Assembly: GCA_038135065.1 (NCBI GenBank)
Contig: JAYPWI010000013.1
Location: 14,497 to 78,496 of the forward strand
DNA length: 64,000 bases
From: Acidimicrobiales bacterium
GTDB lineage: Bacteria; Actinomycetota; Acidimicrobiia; Acidimicrobiales; Poriferisodalaceae
Direction: 5' to 3'
This document shows positions 37,399 through 47,200 of this stretch, one piece after another. Below the pieces are notes generated by a model, which made no database searches, was not told the DNA's origin, and was given only the letters and a program-made list of their open reading frames with translations. The translations under genes were made by a program, and so were the position numbers. Positions within the stretch are counted from its first letter, which is position 1; each line of letters starts with the position of its first letter.

Positions 37399-38498
37399 GC
37401 CAGCTTGCTCGCAATGGCGCCGACGGAACGTAGAGCGGTGCCGTCGGCGCCGTCGGTCCTGAAGCGCCGGGTGGGACCCTGAGCTGCCTCGGCGAGCATG
37501 TCCGTCAACAGGCGTTCGAAGGGGATTCCCTGTTCGGACCAGAAGTACCAGCTCAGCGAGCCGGGAATGGTGTTGATCTCGTTGACCCACAGGTCGTTGC
37601 CCGACCACAGGAAGTCGATGCGGGCCACCGACCTGACCATGGCCAGGTCGGCCACCGATGCAGCCATCGACGTCAGCCTGTTCGCCAGTTCACCGGGAAG
37701 ATCGGCCGGTAGCTCGCGGGGGGCGCTGGCCATGCCCTGCTCACCGCCGAGGTACTTCTCGGCATAGGTGTAGATGTGGTCACCGCCACCACGCAGCGGC
37801 CGCTCGATGGCGCTGAACGACAGCTCGGGCCAGGTGCGGACCGAGATGTTCAGATCGACCGCATCCTCGAGGAAGCGCTGGACCACGGCTCCCTCCCGCA
37901 GGAGGGGTTGCGTCCTGGCCAGGGCCTTGGCCGTTTCGAGGTCGTCCACCACCTCGATGCCGATGGACGAGCCGCCGAACCTGGGCTTGACGATGAGTGG
38001 TCCACCAGCGTCGAGTTCGAGGTCGTCGGTCAGAAGCCACAGGTCGAGGCAGGGCACCCCGGCCCCGTGCATCGTGCCGCTGAACGCCAACTTGTCCATA
38101 CCGATGGCGGCGCCCCACTGGCTCGGTCCCGTGTAGCGCAGCCCGGCCAGGTCGAACATGGCCTGCAAGGTGCCGTCCTCCCCGGGTACGCCGTGGCAGC
38201 AGTTCACGATCCCGCCGATGTCGAGCGGCGCGCGACGCCCGCGGCGGCCCTCGGTGGCGAACCCGCCATCGCCTCCGGTGAGCAGTAGCACGGGGGTCGC
38301 CGATCCGGGGACCCCGTTGGCGAAGTCTCCGGCCTCGACATCGGCAGGCACCTGGTACCAGTCACCGGCCTTCGACCAGTAGAGGGCGATGACCTGCTGT
38401 CCGGACGCACGCAGCGCGTGGACGGCCTGCAGGCCCGTCAGGACCGAAATGTCGTGTTCGGGGGAGGGGCTGCCGAAGCAGACGGCGGGCGAACTCAT
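37395..38498 (-). CDS. ddl: D-alanine--D-alanine ligase family ATP-grasp enzyme
   Basis: FGSPSPEHDISVLTG...CCHGVPGEDGTLQAMFDLAGLRYTGP...IVKPRFGGSSIGIEVV...VNEINTIPGSLS. Confidence 0.85.
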   Translation of the reverse strand: MSSPAVCFGSPSPEHDISVLTGLQAVHALRASGQQVIALYWSKAGDWYQVPADVEAGDFANGVPGSATPVLLLTGGDGGFATEGRRGRRAPLDIGGIVNCCHGVPGEDGTLQAMFDLAGLRYTGPSQWGAAIGMDKLAFSGTMHGAGVPCLDLWLLTDDLELDAGGPLIVKPRFGGSSIGIEVVDDLETAKALARTQPLLREGAVVQRFLEDAVDLNISVRTWPELSFSAIERPLRGGGDHIYTYAEKYLGGEQGMASAPRELPADLPGELANRLTSMAASVADLAMVRSVARIDFLWSGNDLWVNEINTIPGSLSWYFWSEQGIPFERLLTDMLAEAAQGPTRRFRTDGADGTALRSVGAIASKLA

Positions 38499-38548
38499 GC
38501 CTCGCTATGAAAGCGCAGAATGCCCCATCGTGGGTGGCAGAGGAGGTT

Positions 38549-40072
38549 TCATGGGTAATGGTCGGGCAGATCGTTCTCGTAGAGCACGGCGTCCCCCGCC
38601 CTGAGGTTCGCCCGCACCCAGGCCACCGCCGCATCTCGATCGGGCAGCAGGGTGACCCGGGCGCGCTGGTCCCGAGCCCCGAAGAGGAGCGCCTGGCGGT
38701 TGGTGAGCCCCACGATCAGCAGGTCGTCGGCCACCTGGGCGGCAGCTTCGGCGAACCGCTCGTTCTCCGGTCGCTGACGCCGGCCGAGCTCGACCATGCC
38801 GGGTGTCACGACAACCCGGCGATTGGCGTCGAGTCGTTCCAGGGTGGCGACCGCGGCTGCCGCTCCGGCTGGGTTGCTGTTGTAGGTGTCGTCGACGACG
38901 GTGACACCGTTGGGGCTGACGGCAACTTGACGCCGATGCTCGGCCGCAGGCACCGACGGAAGCCGCGCTGCGATGTCCTCATCGCGAATCCCGAGGGCGG
39001 CCGCCGCAGCGACGGCGCATGCCAGGTTGGTGGGAGCCGCATCGATGTCGAGCCCGCTGATGACCACCCGGCCCTCGCGGATGATCTCGATGCCGTCGTC
39101 CCGTCGGATGGCCGCCACGTCAGCGGTGGGGTCGCTGGCCGAGCAACGGATGACCCGGATGCCGGACGCGTCGAGCCGATCTGCCTCTGCGGCGAGCCCA
39201 TGAGCGTCCACATTGAGAATGGCAGTGCGGCTGGTTGCGAAGATCTCGCTCTTGGCGGCCACGATGCGGTCGAGAGAGCCGAACCGTTCGAGGTGCACGG
39301 GCCCAATGGCGCACAGCATCGAGATCGACGGTCGGATCCACGAGACCATGGAGGCGATCTCGCCCGGTCCGTAGGTGCCCATTTCGGCTACGAAGACCTC
39401 GGTGTCGAGCGTCAGGTGTTCGTTGATGGCCCGTGACAGGCCAGCGGTGTTGTTGAACGACGCAGGGCTTGCCACAACCGATCGTGACCCGGCAACCAGG
39501 TGTCGGATGTAGCCCTTGATAGTGGTCTTCCCGTACGACCCTGTGAGGGCGACGCGCACGGGGTCGATCCGGTCAAGGGTGGCTGCTGCTGCACGCACGT
39601 AGCGTTGGGCCACTCGGCGCTCGATGGGGGCCAGGAGGGCGAGTGCCCCGTCGACGGCCAGCGGCACGCAGCACGCCAGGGCGGCGCTGATCACGACGGT
39701 CGAGTCGGTCAGCACCCCGACCCCGATGGCGATTGCGCCGATCACCAGGGTGGCCAGGGCCACCGTGCGAAGGCGGCGTGTCCAGGCAAGCGGACTCGTC
39801 CGACCTCGCAGGCCGAGTCCCCGCGGGGCGACCACCACGATGAGCGCGACCACGACGGCGAGGGGTGGTAGCCAGATCGAGCCAACAGTTGCGGCAACGG
39901 CTGCAAGGGCCGAGGTCCGGTTGAGCCATCCTCGGGTCCACCATCGGAGGGCGAAGGTCGTGGTCGAGGGACTGAGGTAGTGCTCGCGCTGCGCCACCCT
40001 GAGCCACCGAAGGGTCGAGATCCCGCTGCCGATGAGGGTGACGGCAACGTACAGCGCTGACAGGGTGTTCAC
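38549..40072 (-). CDS. Mur-ligase family protein (MurF-like central and C-terminal domains) with a ~150-aa multi-TM N-terminus in place of the UDP-MurNAc-binding domain
   Basis: The P-loop LTGSYGKTT is at residues ~177-184, EMGTYGPGEI follows, and DDTYNSNP is the MurF-type motif. Residues ~1-150 are mostly hydrophobic (ALYVAVTLIGSGI, AAVAATVGSIWLPPLAVVVALIVVV, VALATLVIGAIAIGVGVL, VVISAALACCVPLAVDGALALL). The GTG start overlaps the upstream stop (GTGA at 40069-40072). Confidence 0.75.
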   Translation of the reverse strand: MNTLSALYVAVTLIGSGISTLRWLRVAQREHYLSPSTTTFALRWWTRGWLNRTSALAAVAATVGSIWLPPLAVVVALIVVVAPRGLGLRGRTSPLAWTRRLRTVALATLVIGAIAIGVGVLTDSTVVISAALACCVPLAVDGALALLAPIERRVAQRYVRAAAATLDRIDPVRVALTGSYGKTTIKGYIRHLVAGSRSVVASPASFNNTAGLSRAINEHLTLDTEVFVAEMGTYGPGEIASMVSWIRPSISMLCAIGPVHLERFGSLDRIVAAKSEIFATSRTAILNVDAHGLAAEADRLDASGIRVIRCSASDPTADVAAIRRDDGIEIIREGRVVISGLDIDAAPTNLACAVAAAAALGIRDEDIAARLPSVPAAEHRRQVAVSPNGVTVVDDTYNSNPAGAAAAVATLERLDANRRVVVTPGMVELGRRQRPENERFAEAAAQVADDLLIVGLTNRQALLFGARDQRARVTLLPDRDAAVAWVRANLRAGDAVLYENDLPDHYP

Positions 40073-40812
40073 ATTGCTCCTTCGAGCAGGCGATCGATTG
40101 CGCGGCGGACCTCGTCCGGTGCCTCGGTCGGTGTGAAGTGACCGACGCCCTCGAGCACGGTGAGCCGGGCGTTCACCAAGGCGGCTTCTGCACGAGTCGC
40201 GATCTCGGGAGGCGCGGCGTCGTCGAGTTCGCCCCAGAGCAGTTCGACGGGTGCCGAGATGGCGTTGAGCTGCCGCTCGTAGGACTCGTTGACGGTGGTG
40301 ACCAGTACATCGCGCATCACGCCCTCTGCCGCTCGGTAGTCAGCGCTGCCGTATCGATCTCGCAGCCCCTCGAGGCGGTGATCGGGGAGGATGCCCATCC
40401 GATGCAGACGCCGTCCGATCCGGTAGCGGAGCGCTGGTCGGCCGCGGCGCTCGGCGCGGTGCAGCAGGGGCGCGCCGGTGAGGACGAGACCGGCGACCGC
40501 GCCAGGTCGACGGCAGGCGAGATGTACGGCGACGCGCCCTCCGAAGCTGTGTCCGACGATGACGACGGGAAGTTGGCACGCTTCGAGCACGGGCTCGATC
40601 AACTCGGCGTACATCTCGGCCCCACCCCCGTCAGGTGGTGGGGGGCTGGCCCCGAATCCAGGGAGGTCGAGGGCCAGTGCGTCGAGTCCGTCGAGGGCCT
40701 CAGCAAAGTCGCGATGACTCCGACCCCAGCCGTGAAGGGCCAGCACACGGGCTTGTCCGGACCCCGATCGGGAACCGAAAAGAGAACCGTCGCCGAACGC
40801 GCTGAGGGGCAT
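40069..40812 (-). CDS. alpha/beta-fold hydrolase
   Basis: From ATG 40812: VLALHGWGRSHRDF...VVIVGHSFGGRVA (the GxSxG nucleophile elbow)...LEGVGHFTP. The longer ORF-track version overlaps the upstream large gene in another frame. Confidence 0.8.
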   Translation of the reverse strand: MPLSAFGDGSLFGSRSGSGQARVLALHGWGRSHRDFAEALDGLDALALDLPGFGASPPPPDGGGAEMYAELIEPVLEACQLPVVIVGHSFGGRVAVHLACRRPGAVAGLVLTGAPLLHRAERRGRPALRYRIGRRLHRMGILPDHRLEGLRDRYGSADYRAAEGVMRDVLVTTVNESYERQLNAISAPVELLWGELDDAAPPEIATRAEAALVNARLTVLEGVGHFTPTEAPDEVRRAIDRLLEGAM

Positions 40813-40822
40813 CACGACAACG

Positions 40823-43330
40823 CTACGCCCCGTCGTGGCGTCTCCGGTCCATTTCCCCGTGACTCCTCTCGCCTCGCAATCGCCGCTGGGCCGACAGTGG
40901 GAGGGATCGCTGGGGATGTCCTGCATCCTGAGTTCCACGTCCACCGAGGGCGGCCCGGGCGCTCCACAGCACCTGATCGGTGTGGGAGATCCGGAAGAGG
41001 TTCGCAATGAACCACATCCGGTCGTCGGGGTCTGACCAGTCGTGGACCTCGGTTCCGGCGAGATCGCTTCCGTCCGTGGACCCCGTATGTCCGATCTCGA
41101 CGGGGCCCTGACGGGTGATGACCCTGGTCGGCTCCGCCCCGTTGGTGAACCAGCGTGCGGGGTCGGTGGGAAGCCCGCCGTCGGCTGCCGTTGTGGGCGG
41201 TCCGCCCCAGCCGGCCAGAGGGGGTAGGCCGACGTGAGCCTGGCCGCCGTGCCGCGTGACGAGGACATCTCCGACCGCGATCGGGTCGGTCGGTCGTGGG
41301 TCGAGTTCGTCGAGCAGGTCGTCCCCGGCGATGAGGTTCGGGCCCACAGGGGTGTCGGTGGGGAGGCCCTGAGACGGGCGAATGACCGGGGCGTCGGGTC
41401 CGGTGCCGAGTCGGATCTCGATGGCCGACGTTGCCGCAACCGCCGCATCGATGCCCACCACTCGGCCTGCCAGGCTCGCTGCCCAGCGCAGCCCGTCGGT
41501 CGACGGCTGTTGGTGGATGACCTCCTCCAAGGCGTGCTGTGCCCCCGCCTGCTCGTGCACGGCCAATAGGAGATTTGCCTGCATGGTCAATCGCTGGCGG
41601 GTCAGGTCGTCGGCTTGGTGGGCCGCTGCGAGATAGAGCAGCAGGGCGTCGCGAAGCTCCGCGTGTCCAGGGCGGAACATCGGGCGGTCCGGATCGGTCG
41701 GATCCCGGTTCGACGCAAAGAAGTCTGTGATCTCAGTGGCCCGGGGCGCTCGGGAGGGTCCGAAGGACTCGGTCAGGGCGGCCAGACGGGGGGCGATGTC
41801 ACCGAAGATGTATTGGTTTCCGTCGGCTAGTGCTTGCCGGTCGTGCCACGACGGGTGCAAGCCGAGCACGGTTTGCCTGCCCGTCAGGCCCGCGTGGACG
41901 GCGTGGGAGGCAACGGTCCCGAACATGGGCCATGTCGCGCCGCTGTGCCCGGGAGGGACAGGGAGTGCGTGGTCGTGGGTAGCGCCGTTGAGCAGTCGCT
42001 CGAGTCGTTCTGCCAGGGCTGCGTAGTGCACGGTGAACAGGCGGTTGCGAACTCCGCTACCCGACTCGGGTAGGCGTGCGACGAGGCTGAACTGCGCTGT
42101 GAAGGACATGGGGCCCTCGAGGGCGGCCGACGCGAGATCGAGGACACCCTCGTCGGAGTGGGCTCGAATCGGCAGTCCCGGCGTCCGGCCCGACAGATCG
42201 TCGAAGGTCGCTGGCAGGCCGGCGACGAAGGTCAGGGCACCCGTTGGATCATCGGCGAACGCGTGAAGGTTCACAGCCGTCGCCACCACATCGGCGTACG
42301 ACACCAGGCCGTCCCCCCTACCGCTGCGGGGGTTTGGCCCCTCGGTCGCAGTGTCGAGCAGGTCGAAGGTCGATGGTCCGTCAGTTTGCTCGGTGGGCAC
42401 GAGCCGGGACAGCACACCCCGAACCTCGGGTGCGAGATCGGATCGATCGAGGATCCGGGCGATGTCCTCTCGGCTGATCAGCCCGTCGACCCCGTTGGTG
42501 ATCGCTCCGTCGATGCGTTCGAACAGGTCGCGGTCCGCAAGGACGATGGACGCATCGATCGCTGCCAGCACTCGGTCGATGCTCTCCCGGGTGAGCCCCG
42601 ACTGCTGCAGGGCTGGGCGACTCCGATGCTGTCGGGGGGTCGTGGTCAACGCTGCGAGCAGGGCGGGGCGATCGAGCAGGTTGGTCGCCAGCCTGCGCAT
42701 CCAGGGTGCTGCTCGGTCGTTGCGGGCCACCGCGCTGAGGTCGGCGGTCTCCAGGCGCCCATCAGGTGTCGTTCCGGCGGCCGCCTCCAGCAGTTCCAGA
42801 TGGTCGCCCGCAATGGCGATGCCCCTCCTTCCCGTGGTGGAACCTCCGGGGTGCGGCACCACGCTGACCAGGCGGGTCGCCAGTGCGCTCCCCGGCGGCG
42901 CCACGCGGACGGCCATCGTGGCCACGCGGCCTCCCATCAGGGGTCCGAGATGGGCCAGCAGGGCCGCTACCTCGCGGTCCCCCAGAGCAGAGAGCAGTCG
43001 GGCGGTAGCCAACCGGGCGATGTGTCCGACGAGGGTGTTCGTGGGGCGACCGTCGGATCGGCCAGCCACTGCCACCAGGCTCGTCACGAGTTCGGCCCGG
43101 ACCTCGATCCTCGGGTCGACGCAGAGGAGATCGACCCCGATGGGTTCGGACAGGATGTCGGCCCGATGCTCGAGCTCGGCAGCCAGTCGGCTGCATCGGG
43201 CAGCATCCTGGTGGAGTTCGGTGAGGGGGACGAGATCGCTCGCGCCCTGGGCGCGTAGCAGGCTGATGCGCCGTGCGACGTCGTCTGCGCGCTGCCCCAA
43301 TGTGCGTAGGTCGCTTGCGAGGGACCGCAC
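40823..43330 (-). CDS. large (~835 aa) soluble hypothetical protein; candidate type VII-associated substrate or accessory protein
   Basis: It is a continuous ORF, and I recognise no family. The start must lie downstream of the preceding gene's stop (43360); GTG 43330 is the first candidate (uncertain). The N-terminus is helical (VRSLASDLRTLGQRADDVARRISLLRAQG). Three DG-h-h-x-x-x-D-h motifs are present. Confidence 0.6.
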   Translation of the reverse strand: MRSLASDLRTLGQRADDVARRISLLRAQGASDLVPLTELHQDAARCSRLAAELEHRADILSEPIGVDLLCVDPRIEVRAELVTSLVAVAGRSDGRPTNTLVGHIARLATARLLSALGDREVAALLAHLGPLMGGRVATMAVRVAPPGSALATRLVSVVPHPGGSTTGRRGIAIAGDHLELLEAAAGTTPDGRLETADLSAVARNDRAAPWMRRLATNLLDRPALLAALTTTPRQHRSRPALQQSGLTRESIDRVLAAIDASIVLADRDLFERIDGAITNGVDGLISREDIARILDRSDLAPEVRGVLSRLVPTEQTDGPSTFDLLDTATEGPNPRSGRGDGLVSYADVVATAVNLHAFADDPTGALTFVAGLPATFDDLSGRTPGLPIRAHSDEGVLDLASAALEGPMSFTAQFSLVARLPESGSGVRNRLFTVHYAALAERLERLLNGATHDHALPVPPGHSGATWPMFGTVASHAVHAGLTGRQTVLGLHPSWHDRQALADGNQYIFGDIAPRLAALTESFGPSRAPRATEITDFFASNRDPTDPDRPMFRPGHAELRDALLLYLAAAHQADDLTRQRLTMQANLLLAVHEQAGAQHALEEVIHQQPSTDGLRWAASLAGRVVGIDAAVAATSAIEIRLGTGPDAPVIRPSQGLPTDTPVGPNLIAGDDLLDELDPRPTDPIAVGDVLVTRHGGQAHVGLPPLAGWGGPPTTAADGGLPTDPARWFTNGAEPTRVITRQGPVEIGHTGSTDGSDLAGTEVHDWSDPDDRMWFIANLFRISHTDQVLWSARAALGGRGTQDAGHPQRSLPLSAQRRLRGERSHGEMDRRRHDGA

Positions 43331-43359
43331 TGCGAACGGGGAGAGACCGACCCAGCTGC

Positions 43360-43644
43360 TCAGTGTGCAAGGCCCATGTCCAACAGGGGATCGGCTGCCA
43401 TGCTGAGTCGCTCGGCGGTCGCCCGGGCTCGGAGGCCCGATACCTCGGCGCGGAGGCGGTGCTCGAGGTGGAGCCAGCGCCGCCGCTGGTCCTCCAGCAG
43501 GCGGCCGACGTCGGCGGTCAGGCGCCCGCCGGCCATCACCCTCTCGAGGGGGTAGCGACATGCAGCGGCCAGCTCGCCGAGTTCCAGCGCAGCTCGTTCG
43601 AGGTGCGTCGCGATCGCGTCGAGCTCATGGGGTGGAGGGCTCAT
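43360..43644 (-). CDS. small helical-hairpin protein (94 aa), possible WXG100-partner-like protein
   Basis: MSPPPHELDAIATHLERAALELGELAAA...MAGGRL...LLEDQRRRWLHLEHRLRAEV shows two predicted helices around a Gly turn. The start overlaps the upstream stop (ATGA at 43641-43644). Confidence 0.55.
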   Translation of the reverse strand: MSPPPHELDAIATHLERAALELGELAAACRYPLERVMAGGRLTADVGRLLEDQRRRWLHLEHRLRAEVSGLRARATAERLSMAADPLLDMGLAH

Positions 43645-44135
43645 CGAACCGCGAGGCCGTGGTTCATGGCTTCGTCGAGGCGTTGGTGTTGCTGCTCGAC
43701 GGCGCCCGCCATCGACAGGGCAGCACTGTGGGCGGCGTCGAGGGACACCCGGAGCCCTTGCACGTACGTCTCGATGCCATCAGCCATGCGGGCGATGCTG
43801 GCCGTGAAGTCGGAGAAGGCCTGTTTGGTGGCCGTCTCGCCTGCACCGAGCGCGCGGTCGAGGTCGTGCTGAGCGTCGAGGAACCGGGCGGCGTTGGCGC
43901 CGTTCCAGACCGTTGCGTCGGCTCGGGCCGTCGATGCGCTGACGGAGGACCTGAGGCTGTCCATCGTGGTCCCGATGTCGGACATGGCCCGCTGGGCAGC
44001 CGCACGCATCTCGTCGGCCATACCCGTGGTAGCCGCTGTCGCTCGTTGCTGAACCTCCGCGATGTCCGATGAGGTTGCCCGAAGTCTGGCGGCGAGAGCG
44101 AGTAGGTCGTCGAGTTGGGCGCCGAGCATTGACAT
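43641..44135 (-). CDS. WXG-motif (ESAT-6/WXG100-like) protein, extended 164-aa form
   Basis: From ATG 44135 (GGAG 7 nt upstream): MSMLGAQLDDLLALAARLRATSSDIAEV...ADATVWNGANAARFLDA (the W-x-G turn)...VEQQHQRLDEAMNHG. It is all-helical and Ala/Gln-rich like WXG100 proteins, and divergent from the EccC-like gene. Confidence 0.6.
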   Translation of the reverse strand: MSMLGAQLDDLLALAARLRATSSDIAEVQQRATAATTGMADEMRAAAQRAMSDIGTTMDSLRSSVSASTARADATVWNGANAARFLDAQHDLDRALGAGETATKQAFSDFTASIARMADGIETYVQGLRVSLDAAHSAALSMAGAVEQQHQRLDEAMNHGLAVR

Positions 44136-44160
44136 TGGTGATCTCCGTTCTGGTTGCCGT

Positions 44161-44197
44161 GTTGCACAGTGTGTTATGAAATAACATGAAATGCAAC
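44161..44197. promoter_or_regulatory. nested inverted repeat GTTGCA-N5-TGTTAT-GAA-ATAACA-N5-TGCAAC in the divergent type VII promoter region
   Basis: Read directly. The outer arms are 44161-44166 and 44192-44197, and the inner arms 44172-44177 and 44181-44186. It sits in a strongly AT-rich 100-nt intergenic stretch. Confidence 0.5.
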
Positions 44198-44241
44198 GAA
44201 AGATATTATTCGCGCCCGTGCCGGGTCGTCCTGAACCGTTG

Positions 44242-47200
44242 ATGGTGACCTGGGTGGGCCAGCAGGTGACCGTCCGTGACCTGCGCACGGCGCTCGACGT
44301 CGACGCGCCGCTCGTCGTGGAAGGAGTCCCTCGGGGCGAGGCGGATGCCCTCGACGAGGTCCTGGAACACGACGGTGTCCTGGTCGGCATCGCTCCTCCA
44401 GCCAACGGCCAGGCGCTTTCGCCACTTGGTCCGGTCCGGCGGCGCGCAGTGCGTACCGTCGTGTCGCCATCGTTGGAACTCGACACCACGGCCCCGTCGG
44501 CCCGTCCCGGGTCACCGCCCCCTGTTCCCTGGTTGAGCCTTGCGGCCCCGTTGCTAGGCGGCGCAGTGATGGTGGTGTTCATCGGGAGCACGGCGTTGGT
44601 GTTCGCCGGGTTGGGGTCTCTCATGTCCGCCGCTCGTTGGACGGAGCAGTACGTGGCCCACCGACGTGCGAAGCGGACCCATCGGGCGGAGCTCGCCTCG
44701 CTGGCCGATCAGCTTCGAACGAGCCTGGTGGCACAGCGGGATCGCTATCGCCGAACCGCATGGGGTCAGCGTCGGGGTCTCGCGGTCAGGCGCAGCTGGA
44801 TCGACGGGTCCCGTCCGGGGCTGTGGTCCCGACATCCGTCTGATGCGGGCGCCCTCGAGGTGGTGCTCGGTATCGGGGCAGAGCATGTGAGGTGGTCCAA
44901 CCGGCCATTGACCGACCTTGGTATCGACCCCGACGAGGATCGCTGGTCGCGGATCGACGGAGTGCCTCGGAGCGTCGACCTGGCCGATGGCGGCTTGGCG
45001 GTGGTCGGTCGCCGACTGGAGGACCGCCGAGCGGCGATAGCAACCGTCGTCCTGCAATTGGCCAGTCAGTTGGGTCCCGCCGACCTCGAGGTCGGGACTG
45101 TGGGGAGCGGCCACCTCTCGCCGATGTGGATGTGGTGGTTGCCCCACCGGAGCCGAGTCGAGGACTGGCCGAGGCGAGCGACGGCGATGGCTCGGATCGC
45201 CGTGGGTGACGAGTCGGACGGGTGGGATGACAGTCCCCTCGTGCGCTGGCTCGAGCGCTCGGAGACGCCGCTCGTGGTCGGTGTCGCCAGCCCCGACCGG
45301 GTGCCTGTCGGGTGTCGATGGGTCCTCGACCTCGACGCTGGCCTGGGTGTCGGTGAGGTGCGTGATCTCTCGACTTCGTCGGTCGTGATACTGCAGCGAG
45401 TGCAGGGATGTGACCCCGCCGAGGCTGCCGACCTGGCGTGGCGTATCGGCCGACGGTCCGACGACCAGATCGAGGGGCAGACGGGAATCCCTGATACGGC
45501 GAGCCTGGAGGAACTCAGCGGCTTGGGGGCCCCGGACGGCGGAACCTCGGGACGTTCGGCGCTCTGGGCGCCCGTCGGGCTCGGGGCAGGTGGGCCGTGT
45601 TGGGTTGACCTGGTCGGCCACGGGCCGCACGTCTTGGTGGCGGGCACCACGGGATCCGGCAAGAGCGAGTTGCTCTGTGGGTGGCTGGCCGGATTGGGGG
45701 AACGCTACGACCCCGCAGGGCTGAGGCTCGTCTTGTTCGACTTCAAGGGGGGCGGTGGCCTCGACGCCGTCGCCCGGCTGCCGCAGTGCTGCTCCCTGGT
45801 CACCGACCTCGAGTCTGGGCTTGCGTGGCGTGCCCTTCGATCGCTCAGCGCCGAATTGCGGCGACGTGAAGAGGTGGTCCGGACGGCCGGTGTGACCGAC
45901 ATCGCCGACGCGCCCCTCGATGTTGACATCGACCGATTGGTCGTTGTGATCGACGAATTCGCCGTGCTCGTCGACGAGGTGCCCGCTGCCCTCCCTCTGT
46001 TGGTTGATGTGGCCCAGCGCGGCCGATCCCTGGGAGTTCATCTGGTGCTTGCCACCCAGCGACCCGCTGGCGTGGTCGATCCCCGAATCCGGGCCAACAC
46101 CAATCTCCGAATCTGTCTGCGGGTCCAGAACGATCGGGACGCTGAGGACGTCGTCGGTGTCAGCGAACCGGCCCGCTTTCCGGTCGAGCTACCGGGCCGA
46201 GCGCTGCTCGTGGTCGGAGGCGGGGACGGCATGGTGGTGCAGGGGGCATTCGGCGGCGGCCAACCGAGACCCCGCCTCGAGTTGCGGACACCGGCCGGGG
46301 AACTCCGGGGCATGGTCCCGGCCGCGGCTGGTGTCCATCGCACCAGCATGGGGACCGCTGTAGCTGCGGCACGCACACGCTGGGATCGAACCCGCTGGGG
46401 AGACACCCCATGGCTGGCACCCCTGCCCGCCCGTTCGCCCGCAGAGGTCCCTGTTGGGCGCGGCTCGAGCAATGGTGACCGCAGTCCGTCGGCCCGCCGG
46501 ATCGGGATCATCGACGAGCCTGACCTGCAACGCCAGCGGGAGCTGTGGTGGGACCCCACCTCAGAGCACCTCCTGGTGGTGGGCGGGGCTGGTCGGTCGG
46601 GCTTTCTCCATGCCGCCGTTGCGGCCGCGTGCTCGGGGATCGGCCCGGGTGCCCTCCACTGCTATGTGGTGGCCCCCAACGGTGATCGCCTGGCAGCATT
46701 GGCCACCTATCCGCATTGTGGGGGCGTGGTCGATCCCGCTGATGTCGATCGCTGCGGGCGCCTGTTCGACCTGCTGGATGTTCCCGCCGAGGTGCCGCGT
46801 GTCGTGGTGATCGGCGACGCCGGGTGGTGCCTGCAACGGTGGGGGGAGGCGCGTATCGGTGGCCTGCAGGAGCGCCTCGAGGCCCTGGTCGACTCGGCCA
46901 CCACTGCTCGGGTTGCGTTGGGAATCGCTGATGGACGCGGTCTTTCGCCGACGGTGATTGCCGGGAGCACGGTTCGGGTCAGCCTGCCCCCGGTCGCTCC
47001 GGAACGGTTGGGTGCCCTGTGGCCTGCTCACCTTGCCCCCTCGAGCCTCGGGGACTTGGGGCTGGATTTGGTGAGCGGCCAACCCGTGTCCCTGCTCGCA
47101 GATGTCGACCCTGCCGACCCTGGACTTCAGCCGTGGGGCATCGAGCCCCCGGAGTTGCCTTCCCCGCCCCGGATTCCCGAGATCCCTGACCCCCTGACCA

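Noticed and set aside
40813-41448. N-terminal 212-codon extension of the alpha/beta hydrolase ORF
   Set aside because: It overlaps the 3' end of the large upstream gene in another frame and is Pro/Arg/Ser-rich. The hydrolase fold begins at the internal ATG 40812.
44554-46041. 495-aa minus-strand ORF inside the eccC-like gene
   Set aside because: It is antisense to a CDS with unmistakable Walker A and B motifs. The translation is Arg/Pro/Gly-rich with no features.
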